From: Thermoproteaceae archaeon
GTDB taxonomy: Archaea > Thermoproteota > Thermoprotei > Thermoproteales > Thermoproteaceae
DNA: 27,282 nucleotides
Reading direction: 5' to 3'
Assembly: GCA_020833025.1 (NCBI GenBank)
Contig: JAJHRB010000015.1
Location: forward strand, 1-27,282
Shown one piece after another: positions 1 through 7,650 of the stretch. Numbering within the stretch: the stretch's first letter is position 1; every line of letters starts with the position of its first letter. The translations under genes and the position numbers were made by a program. The notes under the pieces were generated by a model, which saw nothing but the letters and a program-made list of their open reading frames with translations, ran no database searches and had not been told where the DNA came from.

Positions 1-18
1 GAGCGAGCACGCCAGAAG

Positions 19-27
19 TTTTTTATA
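19..27 (+). promoter_or_regulatory. TATA box of tRNA gene
   Basis: TTTTTATAC about 25 nt upstream of tRNA start at 51, preceded by purine-rich GCCAGAAG (BRE-like). Confidence 0.7.
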
Positions 28-50
28 CCTGAGCGTTAAGAGTGAGCGGA

Positions 51-127
51 AGCGGGGTAGGCCAGCCTGGTAGGCCGCGGGGCTCATAACCCCGAGGTCC
101 CCGGTTCAAATCCGGGCCCCGCTACCA
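51..127 (+). tRNA. initiator tRNA-Met(CAT), intronless, CCA encoded
   Basis: Acceptor AGCGGGG/CCCCGCT with A1-U72; anticodon stem CGGGG/CCCCG around CTCATAA; T-loop GGTTCAAATCC; ends ACCA. Confidence 0.95.
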
Positions 128-349
128 CCCCTGTAGCCCGGCTCTGCTACAACTGAAAGCCGCGTCATTTACGGCGGGGATGAAGAGGCCAGGGTTTGTA
201 TCCCTTGGTGTGCTGCGGGGAGTGCCCTGGGGAGAGCAAATCTCTAGAGCGGCGAGGCTTAGGACAGGCCAGCTTCGTGGGAGCCTACCGCTCAACGCGG
301 CCGGGGGTGACCGCAAGCTCGTGGCACCGACGCGGACACGCCTTAAAAG

Positions 350-745
350 CTATCTTTTAAGTGCAGGAGCTGTGCAGACCTCTCGTCCCCAGTCCACTCT
401 CACGAACCTCGCCTCTAGCAGCTCCAGGCCCCCCGGGAGGAGCAGGTGTATCTCAAAGGGGTACCACCACGGGACGCCCCTCCTCTCAGCCGCCTCCAGA
501 ATCCTTGCGGTTAACTCAGCCCTCCTAGACCCCTCAACTGGGGGGCTCTGCATCACCACAGCTACGTCTATGTCGCTGTCGGCGGTAAGCCGCCCCTCAA
601 CAGCCGAGCCGAACACATAAACCTCCGTGCCGCCCAGAACCTCCCTTGCCGCCTCCGCCAATAACGCCACGTAGCACCTCCACATGAGCCGCGCCCGTAG
701 ACGCTCCACGCCAATTTTAAACGCCAAAGACCTCACGCTCTGCAC
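350..745 (-). CDS. Minimal nucleotidyltransferase (MNT); true start probably a little downstream of 745
   Basis: VYVFGSAVEGRLTADSDIDVAVV = GS..DxD motif; overlaps 3' end of the HEPN gene. Confidence 0.9.
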   Translation of the reverse strand: MQSVRSLAFKIGVERLRARLMWRCYVALLAEAAREVLGGTEVYVFGSAVEGRLTADSDIDVAVVMQSPPVEGSRRAELTARILEAAERRGVPWWYPFEIHLLLPGGLELLEARFVRVDWGREVCTAPALKR

Positions 746-1139
746 GATCCATCAGGTCAAAAATTCTCTTCACTACGGCCAGAGACTCCTCCACGTCCTC
801 TTTCACGTAGACAGAGGGCAGGTACCGTGATGCAGTATACGCCTCCTCAAGCCTGCTTAACGCCCTCCGATTGTTCTCAGCAAAGGAAGAGACAGAGGAG
901 GGATTTACACCCAAATCGCCGAGCGCCCTCGCGACAAGACTCAAAAGCTCGCGCAAGCCGTGTGTTCCGGGAATAAAGCCGAGCATCCTCAGCAGAGACG
1001 CCTTGATCCTAAGCCGAGCGGCCTGCTCGGCGAAAAACATAGCAGCATCGTAGTCGCCGTTGTCCCTAGCCAAGCAGGCATAGCGGAGAAACTTCTCGGC
1101 CCGCTCCCTTAACATCCCAACGAGATCGATGGAGCTCAC
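717..1139 (-). CDS. HEPN domain protein, partner of MNT
   Basis: A..F.EQAA...IKA, THGLRELL and AYTASRY motifs typical of MNT-associated HEPN proteins. Confidence 0.88.
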   Translation of the reverse strand: MSSIDLVGMLRERAEKFLRYACLARDNGDYDAAMFFAEQAARLRIKASLLRMLGFIPGTHGLRELLSLVARALGDLGVNPSSVSSFAENNRRALSRLEEAYTASRYLPSVYVKEDVEESLAVVKRIFDLMDRAEREVFGV

Positions 1140-1527
1140 AACGTGTTATGAATTCTGTCTTTAAGCTTTCATGTGAAAAATATACAAAGTCGGGACCGGC
1201 CACGCCCGCGCCGTCGGCCGCCTCTACTGCCACGCGACGGACCTCGCCCGGGGTCTCGCTGCGGCGTTTTCAGAGTCTCGAGCATTGCCAGAGGCCTCTC
1301 GTCAAGGCTATCAACTCCCTCTTCCGCGCTCCCCAGCCGGCGGCACCTCTCGACAGCCGCGCTCCGCCTGCAGCGCTGTGCCCTGGCGCTGGATCTCCTC
1401 CCGCCGCGCGGCCGGCCGCGGAGAGGCTCCCCACTGTGGAGTTTGCCCGCGACTATCTCACGGCCTCACAGGCGCGAAGAACGTGCATGCTACAAATGCC
1501 TAGGCAAGAGAAGAACTGAAAGGCAGA

Positions 1528-2067
1528 TCAGGGCCCGGGCGCGTAGAGCCCCGCGTTGAAGGGAAGCCTCGGGGCGAGTGCCATGATCACGGCTGCCGTG
1601 TTTAAGTCGAGGCGCGTTACACGCCGCCGAGTTAGCACGCCTACCAGACCCTCCCTGCGCCCGATGGCGCCCCTCCCGTAAAACCTCTCGGCGATGGCGC
1701 CGAGCTCAACGCCGCGCATCACATCCCCGAGAAGCGCGTCGGGCACTTGAAATGCAGGCCCCATGCCGAGCGTGACGCGGCCTGACACGTCCGCTATGGC
1801 CGCCACTGTGACATCAATGCAGTAACCGCCAATGCACGCGACGCCGGCCTCAATTCCCACGCCGTGCTCGGCGGCTCTCGCGGCCTTCAAGGCCTCTCTC
1901 GCCCGGCTCTCAGCGCACTTAATAATGACGTCCGTGCCGACCGGCTGCCGCGGCAGCCCCGGCGGCCTGTCGACGGGCACCACCTCGGCCCTGACGCCGA
2001 ACGCCCGGTACGCGCGCTCTACCGCGCGCAGCTTGTTGGGATTCCGCGACGCGACAGCAACGATCAC
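1528..2067 (-). CDS. yjjX: Inosine/xanthosine triphosphatase (YjjX/DUF84 family)
   Basis: VAVASRNPNKLRAV, QPVG, GVGIEAGV, GAIG..EGLVGVLT motifs. Confidence 0.88.
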   Translation of the reverse strand: MIVAVASRNPNKLRAVERAYRAFGVRAEVVPVDRPPGLPRQPVGTDVIIKCAESRAREALKAARAAEHGVGIEAGVACIGGYCIDVTVAAIADVSGRVTLGMGPAFQVPDALLGDVMRGVELGAIAERFYGRGAIGRREGLVGVLTRRRVTRLDLNTAAVIMALAPRLPFNAGLYAPGP

Positions 2068-3287
2068 CTAGCCGTCAGCGACGAGGCGGACTCCCTCGCT
2101 CTCACCTCATATTTCACCTCCACCTCCACCGGCAGCGGCCTATCCGGCACGTAGACTGTCACGCGATCTTTCCTGAATATCAGCACGTAGTCCATCAGCG
2201 GCCCGAAGCGCTTGACCACGCCCCTCCATGCGTCGTAGGAATTAAACACGAAAAATAGGACAGTCGGGTACGTTAGCTGCGATCGGTACAGGTCAGGGAT
2301 CTCGCACAGAACATCAATCCCGGCGACGGAGAGTATCTGCTCGCTCTGGTCGACCACGTGCGCGTCATACTTTTCCTCGCTCATTTTAAATGCATTATTG
2401 AGCCACCACGCGGCACCCCTGTGCTCAATTACCGGGTGGTAGTACCACGTGATTTTCGGAGCCCTCCAGTCGATTCTAGCCGCCTCAGCTAATTTTACAA
2501 ACGTCATCACAGACTTGTGGTGGTGGTAGAAAACCTTGAACCCGGCTCTCGCGAGCGCGGAGGCCATGACGACCATCAGCTTGCTTGCCAGGCCGTGCGA
2601 GGGGCCTACCACTGCCACGATAGAGCCTCTGGGTATGCCGCCGCCAGTGGCGCGGTCTAGCTCGGGAAAGCCTGTGGTCAGTCTCTCACTCGGGAGCTCG
2701 CGCGCGTCGGGGCGCGGTAGAATGACTGTGGGGCCTCTGTCCGATATTATATAGGGCAGGCTTTCGTAGGGGACGTAGCGGCCTCGGGCTTTGAGCACCT
2801 TGGCGTAGCGCATCGCGGCGCCGGTCTCAAGGATTTTGTGCTCCACCTCGATTATCACGTCGGCCAGGTAGTCGGCAGGCGTTATTTTCACGCCCTCCTT
2901 CACGAGGACGACAGGCCTTTCTCTCGAAATTCCGTGGTAAAAAATTGCGTGAATAAGCTCGCGCTCTCCGCGCTCTGCTAGTGCATTGATGCCGTCGACG
3001 ACAACAAATTCTGGCTTTAGCTCCAGCACCCTGTCGGCAATGAACTGGATGACGTGCTCGTTCTTCATGCTCACCAGGTCGAAAATGTGGGCAGGCGGCT
3101 CAATGTTAACTGCCTTGAGGTACTTTCTCAGGCGGTCTGCAGTCTCGTAGAACGTGAACCACGCCGCGCTCTTGAAGCGCGACGCGGCCCTGGCGGCGAG
3201 CAAGGTCTTCCCGGCGCCCGGGAGCCCCTTGATGACGACTACTCCCTCGTCGAATAGCTCCCAGAACTCGTACGCGCGCAGACTCAC
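2064..3287 (-). CDS. KaiC/RAD55-like RecA-superfamily ATPase, two domains
   Basis: Walker A GLPGAGKT, Walker B VVVDG; second domain starts LTTGFPELDRATGGGIPRGS with a degenerate P-loop. Confidence 0.85.
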   Translation of the reverse strand: MSLRAYEFWELFDEGVVVIKGLPGAGKTLLAARAASRFKSAAWFTFYETADRLRKYLKAVNIEPPAHIFDLVSMKNEHVIQFIADRVLELKPEFVVVDGINALAERGERELIHAIFYHGISRERPVVLVKEGVKITPADYLADVIIEVEHKILETGAAMRYAKVLKARGRYVPYESLPYIISDRGPTVILPRPDARELPSERLTTGFPELDRATGGGIPRGSIVAVVGPSHGLASKLMVVMASALARAGFKVFYHHHKSVMTFVKLAEAARIDWRAPKITWYYHPVIEHRGAAWWLNNAFKMSEEKYDAHVVDQSEQILSVAGIDVLCEIPDLYRSQLTYPTVLFFVFNSYDAWRGVVKRFGPLMDYVLIFRKDRVTVYVPDRPLPVEVEVKYEVRARESASSLTAR

Positions 3288-3325
3288 GATAGCTCTCTGC
3301 AGCCCGGATAAATATACGTGAGCTG

Positions 3326-4357
3326 CTAGCCGCGGGCAAACAGCTCCTCCAGCGCGTGCTCTAGCACGCGGGCCGCGAGCTCGACCTCGCTCACGCTTAT
3401 GCGCTCATCCTCCGTGTGGGCAAGTCGCGGGTCCCCCGGGCCGAACGCGGCTATGCTCCTCGTGAGCGATATCAGCAAGTTGAAGTCGGACGTGCCCCAC
3501 TTCTTGCTCAGCCTCGGCTCTATGCCAAGCCTTAGGAGCGCCCGCACCAGCGCGCGGGCCGCCGGATTTGTCGGCGGCGCCTCCGCGGGCTCCACGCAGG
3601 AGACTGCTCTCGCGCGCGGCGGCAGAGCGGCCAGCAGGTCGCCGCACGTCCTTCCGTGCGGGATTCTGACGTCGAGCACCATCATGCACTTTGTCGGTAT
3701 CTTGTTCGGCGCCTCGCCGCAGCTCACTACGGTCGGCATTACGGTAAATGCGTCGTACCTCCCGGCGTGGCCGAGAGCCCCCTTAATCTCCTGATACACG
3801 GCAAAGAGCTCCTCCACCACGTTGCCGTGAATCGGCGAGCTGGAGTGGCCCCCGCGCGACACCAGCTCGATGTATACTCTGGCGCTTCCCCGGTACGCGT
3901 AAGCCACGCGCAGCGACGTGGGCTCGCCCACGTACACGTAGTCCGGCCGCGGGGGCCCCCCTCTGAGCAGCGCGGCGGTTCCCGCGCTGTCGTCCTCCTC
4001 CGCCGTTACGAGCGCTAGCACCAGCGTGCCGCGCGGCTCGGACTCCAGAAATGTCTTCAAGTACGTCACGAGAGGCCCCTTGTCGTCCACAGCACCGCGG
4101 CCCCATATCACGTCGCCCTCCCTCCTCACGGGCAGCGGGCCTGGCACGGTGTCCATGTGGGCGTGCAGCCAGACCACCGGGGCGCCGCCACCCCTAATTG
4201 CAATTACATTGCCCGCCTCGTCCATCCAGGCATCAGAGGCGTGCTGCTTGACCACTCCCAGGAGCCAGCTGGCAAACTCCCGCTCCCCGTGAGACGGGCT
4301 GTACATCCTGAGCGCCCTCTCCAGCAGCTCGCCGGCAGGCACGCGAGAGCCGCTCAC
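3326..4357 (-). CDS. lysK: [LysW]-lysine/ornithine hydrolase, M20 peptidase family
   Basis: YSPSHGE, HAHMDTV, GRGAVDDKG, AEE, GEP, HTEDE metal-binding motifs. Confidence 0.8.
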   Translation of the reverse strand: MSGSRVPAGELLERALRMYSPSHGEREFASWLLGVVKQHASDAWMDEAGNVIAIRGGGAPVVWLHAHMDTVPGPLPVRREGDVIWGRGAVDDKGPLVTYLKTFLESEPRGTLVLALVTAEEDDSAGTAALLRGGPPRPDYVYVGEPTSLRVAYAYRGSARVYIELVSRGGHSSSPIHGNVVEELFAVYQEIKGALGHAGRYDAFTVMPTVVSCGEAPNKIPTKCMMVLDVRIPHGRTCGDLLAALPPRARAVSCVEPAEAPPTNPAARALVRALLRLGIEPRLSKKWGTSDFNLLISLTRSIAAFGPGDPRLAHTEDERISVSEVELAARVLEHALEELFARG

Positions 4358-4550
4358 GGTGGCCCGGGCAGCGGGTCGTGTTTATGCATTGCAACCGAAA
4401 GCCCGCCCCCCGGGGCCGGGCGCGCCGGTGCCGCTGGTGGCGGGCGGCGGGGAGTCTAGCCCTGGCTGCGAGCGCGGCGGCCAATTGAAGTGAGGCCTGC
4501 GAGTCGTCCTGACTGCGTGCAAAAATTTAAGATTGCACAGAGGGGCAGAA

Positions 4551-5798
4551 GTGACAGTAGAGGATCCCGTTCTCAAGCTCTCGCTGGAAATACTGAAGGA
4601 GCGCCCGCTCTGCGACTCGTGCCTCGGGAGGCTGTTCGCCAGAATGGGCTACGCGCTCGAGAACTGGGAGAGGGGATACGCGATAAAGACGCTGCTCCAC
4701 ATGAGGCTGGTCAGCGAGCTCAGGCGCGGAGCTGACGTGATGGAGCACCTCAAGTCTCTGGCGAGGGCGCACAAGCCCACGAGGCGGTTCCTTGCCAGCA
4801 TAGGCGTGCACGTCCAGGAGGAGCAGTGCTACGTGTGCGGCGGCCTTCTAGCTGGCGTTGAGAAGTACGCGAGAGAAGCCGCCGTGAGGCTCGGCGGAAT
4901 CGAGTTTGACACCTTTGTTGTCGGCACGACGCTGCCAAAGGAAGTTTTGGAGAGAGAGTCGGAAATTGTGAAGAAGTACCTGATCACGGCCGGGGAGTCA
5001 ATAAAGCACGAGGTGAACAGGAGGATCGGCAGAGAGCTGCTGAGACTCCTGAGCGGCAAGCGCGTCGACAAGCTGCGCCCGAACGTCGTAGTGAGGATAA
5101 ACATTGCGACAGGAGAGATCTCAATCGCGAGAAACCCAGTGCTGGTGGGGGGCAGGTACTTAAAGCTCAGCCGCGGGATCTCGCAAGCGCAGAAGCTCGG
5201 GAGTGTGAGGGCAACGCTCCTCGAGAAGCTGAGCTACATACGCGAGCTCTTCGGGGGGGTTGAGCACGTCGTGCACGCGGCCGGCAGGGAGGACTCTGAC
5301 GCGAGAATGCTCGGCGCGGGAAGGCCTCTCGTCGTGGAGGTCAAGCAGCCCGCCAGGTATAAGGCAGAGGTCGCGCCGCTTGTGGACGACGATATCATAT
5401 TCGCGCCGGAGGGGCCCGTCACGAGAGACGAGATCCGGAGGCTGAAGGAGAGGTCGCGGGTCAGCGTCAAGCTGTACAGGGCGCTTGTGCACTCCGAGAG
5501 GCCCCTCGCCGAGGAGGAGCTCGCGAGATTGTCGGAGCTCTCGGGAAGGGTAGTAACACAATACACGCCGCGTAGAATCAGGAGGCGGAGCCCGAGGAGG
5601 AAGCGGACCAGGATGGTGTATGAAGTGGCGTGGCGCCGGGTCTCCGGCCACGTGTTCGAGCTCTACGTGAGGTGTCAGGGCGGGCTCTACGTCAAGGAGT
5701 TCGTGCACGGGGACGGGGGCAGGACCACTCCCAGCGTCGCCGGGGTATTAGGCAGCGGCCTTGAAGTCGTCGAGCTCGACGTGCTGGCGGTCGAGTAG
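4551..5798 (+). CDS. pus10: tRNA pseudouridine 54/55 synthase Pus10 (ORF track start 4533; GTG 4551 fits TATA AAAATTTAAG)
   Basis: N-terminal LCDSCLGR and CYVC Zn sites, catalytic GREDSDARMLG, C-terminal GGLYVKEFVHGD.GRT.PS. Confidence 0.93.
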   Translation: MTVEDPVLKLSLEILKERPLCDSCLGRLFARMGYALENWERGYAIKTLLHMRLVSELRRGADVMEHLKSLARAHKPTRRFLASIGVHVQEEQCYVCGGLLAGVEKYAREAAVRLGGIEFDTFVVGTTLPKEVLERESEIVKKYLITAGESIKHEVNRRIGRELLRLLSGKRVDKLRPNVVVRINIATGEISIARNPVLVGGRYLKLSRGISQAQKLGSVRATLLEKLSYIRELFGGVEHVVHAAGREDSDARMLGAGRPLVVEVKQPARYKAEVAPLVDDDIIFAPEGPVTRDEIRRLKERSRVSVKLYRALVHSERPLAEEELARLSELSGRVVTQYTPRRIRRRSPRRKRTRMVYEVAWRRVSGHVFELYVRCQGGLYVKEFVHGDGGRTTPSVAGVLGSGLEVVELDVLAVE

Positions 5799-5820
5799 GC
5801 CTGCCGCTGCGGGCCGGCAC

Positions 5821-5828
5821 GTTAAATA
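5821..5828 (+). promoter_or_regulatory. TATA box, leaderless guaA
   Basis: GTTAAATA 22 nt before GTG 5850. Confidence 0.6.
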
Positions 5829-5849
5829 CCGGGGCGCGCCGGACTCCGC

Positions 5850-7367
5850 GTGGAGAGAGTCGTCGTTGTGAATTTCGGCGGCCAGTACGCCCACCTCATA
5901 GCCAGGCGCCTGAGGGAGTCAGGCGTTTACGCCGAAATAGTCGCGCCGGGGGACGCGCCGTCGGTGGCGGCGTCGCCTGACGTCAAGGCTGTGGTGCTCT
6001 CGGGAGGCCCCGCGTCTGTTTACGCGCCGGGGGCGCCGGACGTGCCCGACGAGATATTCCGCCTCGGCAAGCCCGTCCTCGGCATCTGCTACGGATTCCA
6101 GCTCATCGCGAGAAAGTTCGGAGGCAGGGTGGAGCGCGGCGCCGGGGAGTACGGCAGGACGCGCGTAAGGATAGTTGAAAGAGATCCCATCTTTGACGGC
6201 TGGTCGGACGAGGAGTACGTCTGGATGAGTCACGGGGACTTCGTGGCCAGACTCCCTGAGGGCTTTACGGCACTCGCCGTGAGCGAGAGCGGGTACGTGG
6301 CCGCGGCGAGGGCGGGGGTCACTTACGGCGTGCAGTTCCACCCGGAGGTGGCCCACACGGCCAAGGGGCGCTTACTGCTGGAGAATTTCGCGAGGAGGAT
6401 TGCAGGCGTGAAATCTGTGTGGAGGCCCGAGGATCAAATACAGAGGGTAGTGAGCGAGATAAGGCAGAGGGCGAGAGACGGCGAGGTCCTCGTCGCCGTC
6501 AGCGGCGGCGTTGACAGCACGGTGACGGCAGTCCTGCTGAAAATGGCAGTCGGCAGTAGAGTGAGGGCGGTGTTCGTGGATCACGGGCTCTTCAGAGAGG
6601 GAGAGCCGGAGCGCGTCATTGCCGCCCTTAAGTCCCTCGGGATAGAGGTGCACTACGTGGACGCACGCGAGCGATTTCTGAAGAGGCTGGAGGGAGTCGC
6701 CGACTGCGAGGAGAAAAGGAGGATAGTAGGCGAGACGTTTGCCGAGATTTTCGTCGAGCTTCTATCGCGGTTTCCCGGCGTTAGGCATATCGCGCAGGGA
6801 ACGCTCTATCCGGACGTCATCGAGAGCGGCGCCGTGAGGGGGGCCGACAGAATAAAGAGTCATCACAACGTGGGCGGACTTCCGAGGTGGTTCTCGCTCG
6901 GGTTGATAGAGCCCCTCAGAGAGTTTTATAAGGACGAGGTACGCAGAATAGCCAGGGCTCTCGGGCTGCCTGACGAGATAGTCAACCGCCATCCATTCCC
7001 AGGCCCCGGGCTCGCTGTGCGCGTGATAGGGCCCCTCACGCGGAGGAAGCTTGAGATCGCGAGGAGGGCGACGAAAATTGTCGAGGAGGAGCTGGAGAGG
7101 GCCGGCCTGCTGAGGCGGGTGTGGCAGGCATTTGCTGCCGTCGGCGAGGACAGGTGGGTGGGCGTTAAGGGAGACCGGCGCGTCGACGGCTACATCGTGA
7201 CCGTGAGAGTAGTAGAGAGCGAGGACGCCATGACGGCAGACTGGTCGAGAGTCCCCTACGAGGTCCTCGAGAAAATAGCGGCGAGGATAACCTCCGAGAT
7301 CCCCGAGGTCACAATGGTCACTTACGCGGTAACCAGCAAGCCGCCGTCTACTATCGAGCCTTGCTAG
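5850..7367 (+). CDS. guaA: GMP synthase (fused glutaminase and synthetase)
   Basis: GICYG, QFHPE, SGGVDS, TLYPDVIES, IKSHHNVGGLP, KPPSTIE. Confidence 0.97.
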   Translation: MERVVVVNFGGQYAHLIARRLRESGVYAEIVAPGDAPSVAASPDVKAVVLSGGPASVYAPGAPDVPDEIFRLGKPVLGICYGFQLIARKFGGRVERGAGEYGRTRVRIVERDPIFDGWSDEEYVWMSHGDFVARLPEGFTALAVSESGYVAAARAGVTYGVQFHPEVAHTAKGRLLLENFARRIAGVKSVWRPEDQIQRVVSEIRQRARDGEVLVAVSGGVDSTVTAVLLKMAVGSRVRAVFVDHGLFREGEPERVIAALKSLGIEVHYVDARERFLKRLEGVADCEEKRRIVGETFAEIFVELLSRFPGVRHIAQGTLYPDVIESGAVRGADRIKSHHNVGGLPRWFSLGLIEPLREFYKDEVRRIARALGLPDEIVNRHPFPGPGLAVRVIGPLTRRKLEIARRATKIVEEELERAGLLRRVWQAFAAVGEDRWVGVKGDRRVDGYIVTVRVVESEDAMTADWSRVPYEVLEKIAARITSEIPEVTMVTYAVTSKPPSTIEPC

Positions 7368-7404
7368 CTTTCAATTACTCTCTTGAGATTCGGGCCCTCC
7401 TTTT

Positions 7405-7533
7405 TCGCGCCCTTTAAGCATTCCGGCCGTGACTTAGGAACTTTGCGCCCAGACCTCGTGAGGAGGAGCCGCGGCGGATTCAGGCGGGCGCCCCTATGGA
7501 CTTACCGCAGCGGCCATGCTTAAAAGGGCGCGA
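7405..7533. repeat. Imperfect inverted repeat pair, about 17 bp arms
   Basis: TCGCGCCCTTTAAGCAT (7405-7421) versus ATGCTTAAAAGGGCGCGA (7516-7533), one extra A; GGCCG/CGGCC extends it inward. Confidence 0.75.
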
Positions 7534-7650
7534 GGAAAAAATGTCGAGAAGGCCTGGAGTCCCGTAAAAGTAGGGTAAGGACCAGTAAAGTTACTTAACT
7601 GGCGCGGGCGCCCGCGTCTTGCATTAATAAAGTGTCACGCCCGGGACTCC

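Noticed and set aside
51-127. tRNA as integration site (attL/attR) for the right-hand accessory region
   Set aside because: No second copy of the tRNA 3' end and no integrase seen in the window.
1148-1559. ORFs 1148-1519, 1173-1559 and 1285-1503
   Set aside because: Low-complexity Arg/Pro/Ala-rich translations with no recognisable family; at most a degraded gene whose strand cannot be fixed.
4380-4530. RNase P (type T) or SRP RNA in GC-rich spacers here, at 10750-10900 or at 18680-18780
   Set aside because: Conserved P4 or SRP helix 8 signatures were not found.
7424-7433. 10-nt complement (CGGCCGTGAC) of the C/D candidate's D guide
   Set aside because: A 10-mer match in GC-rich DNA is plausible by chance, and there is no evidence this site is transcribed.
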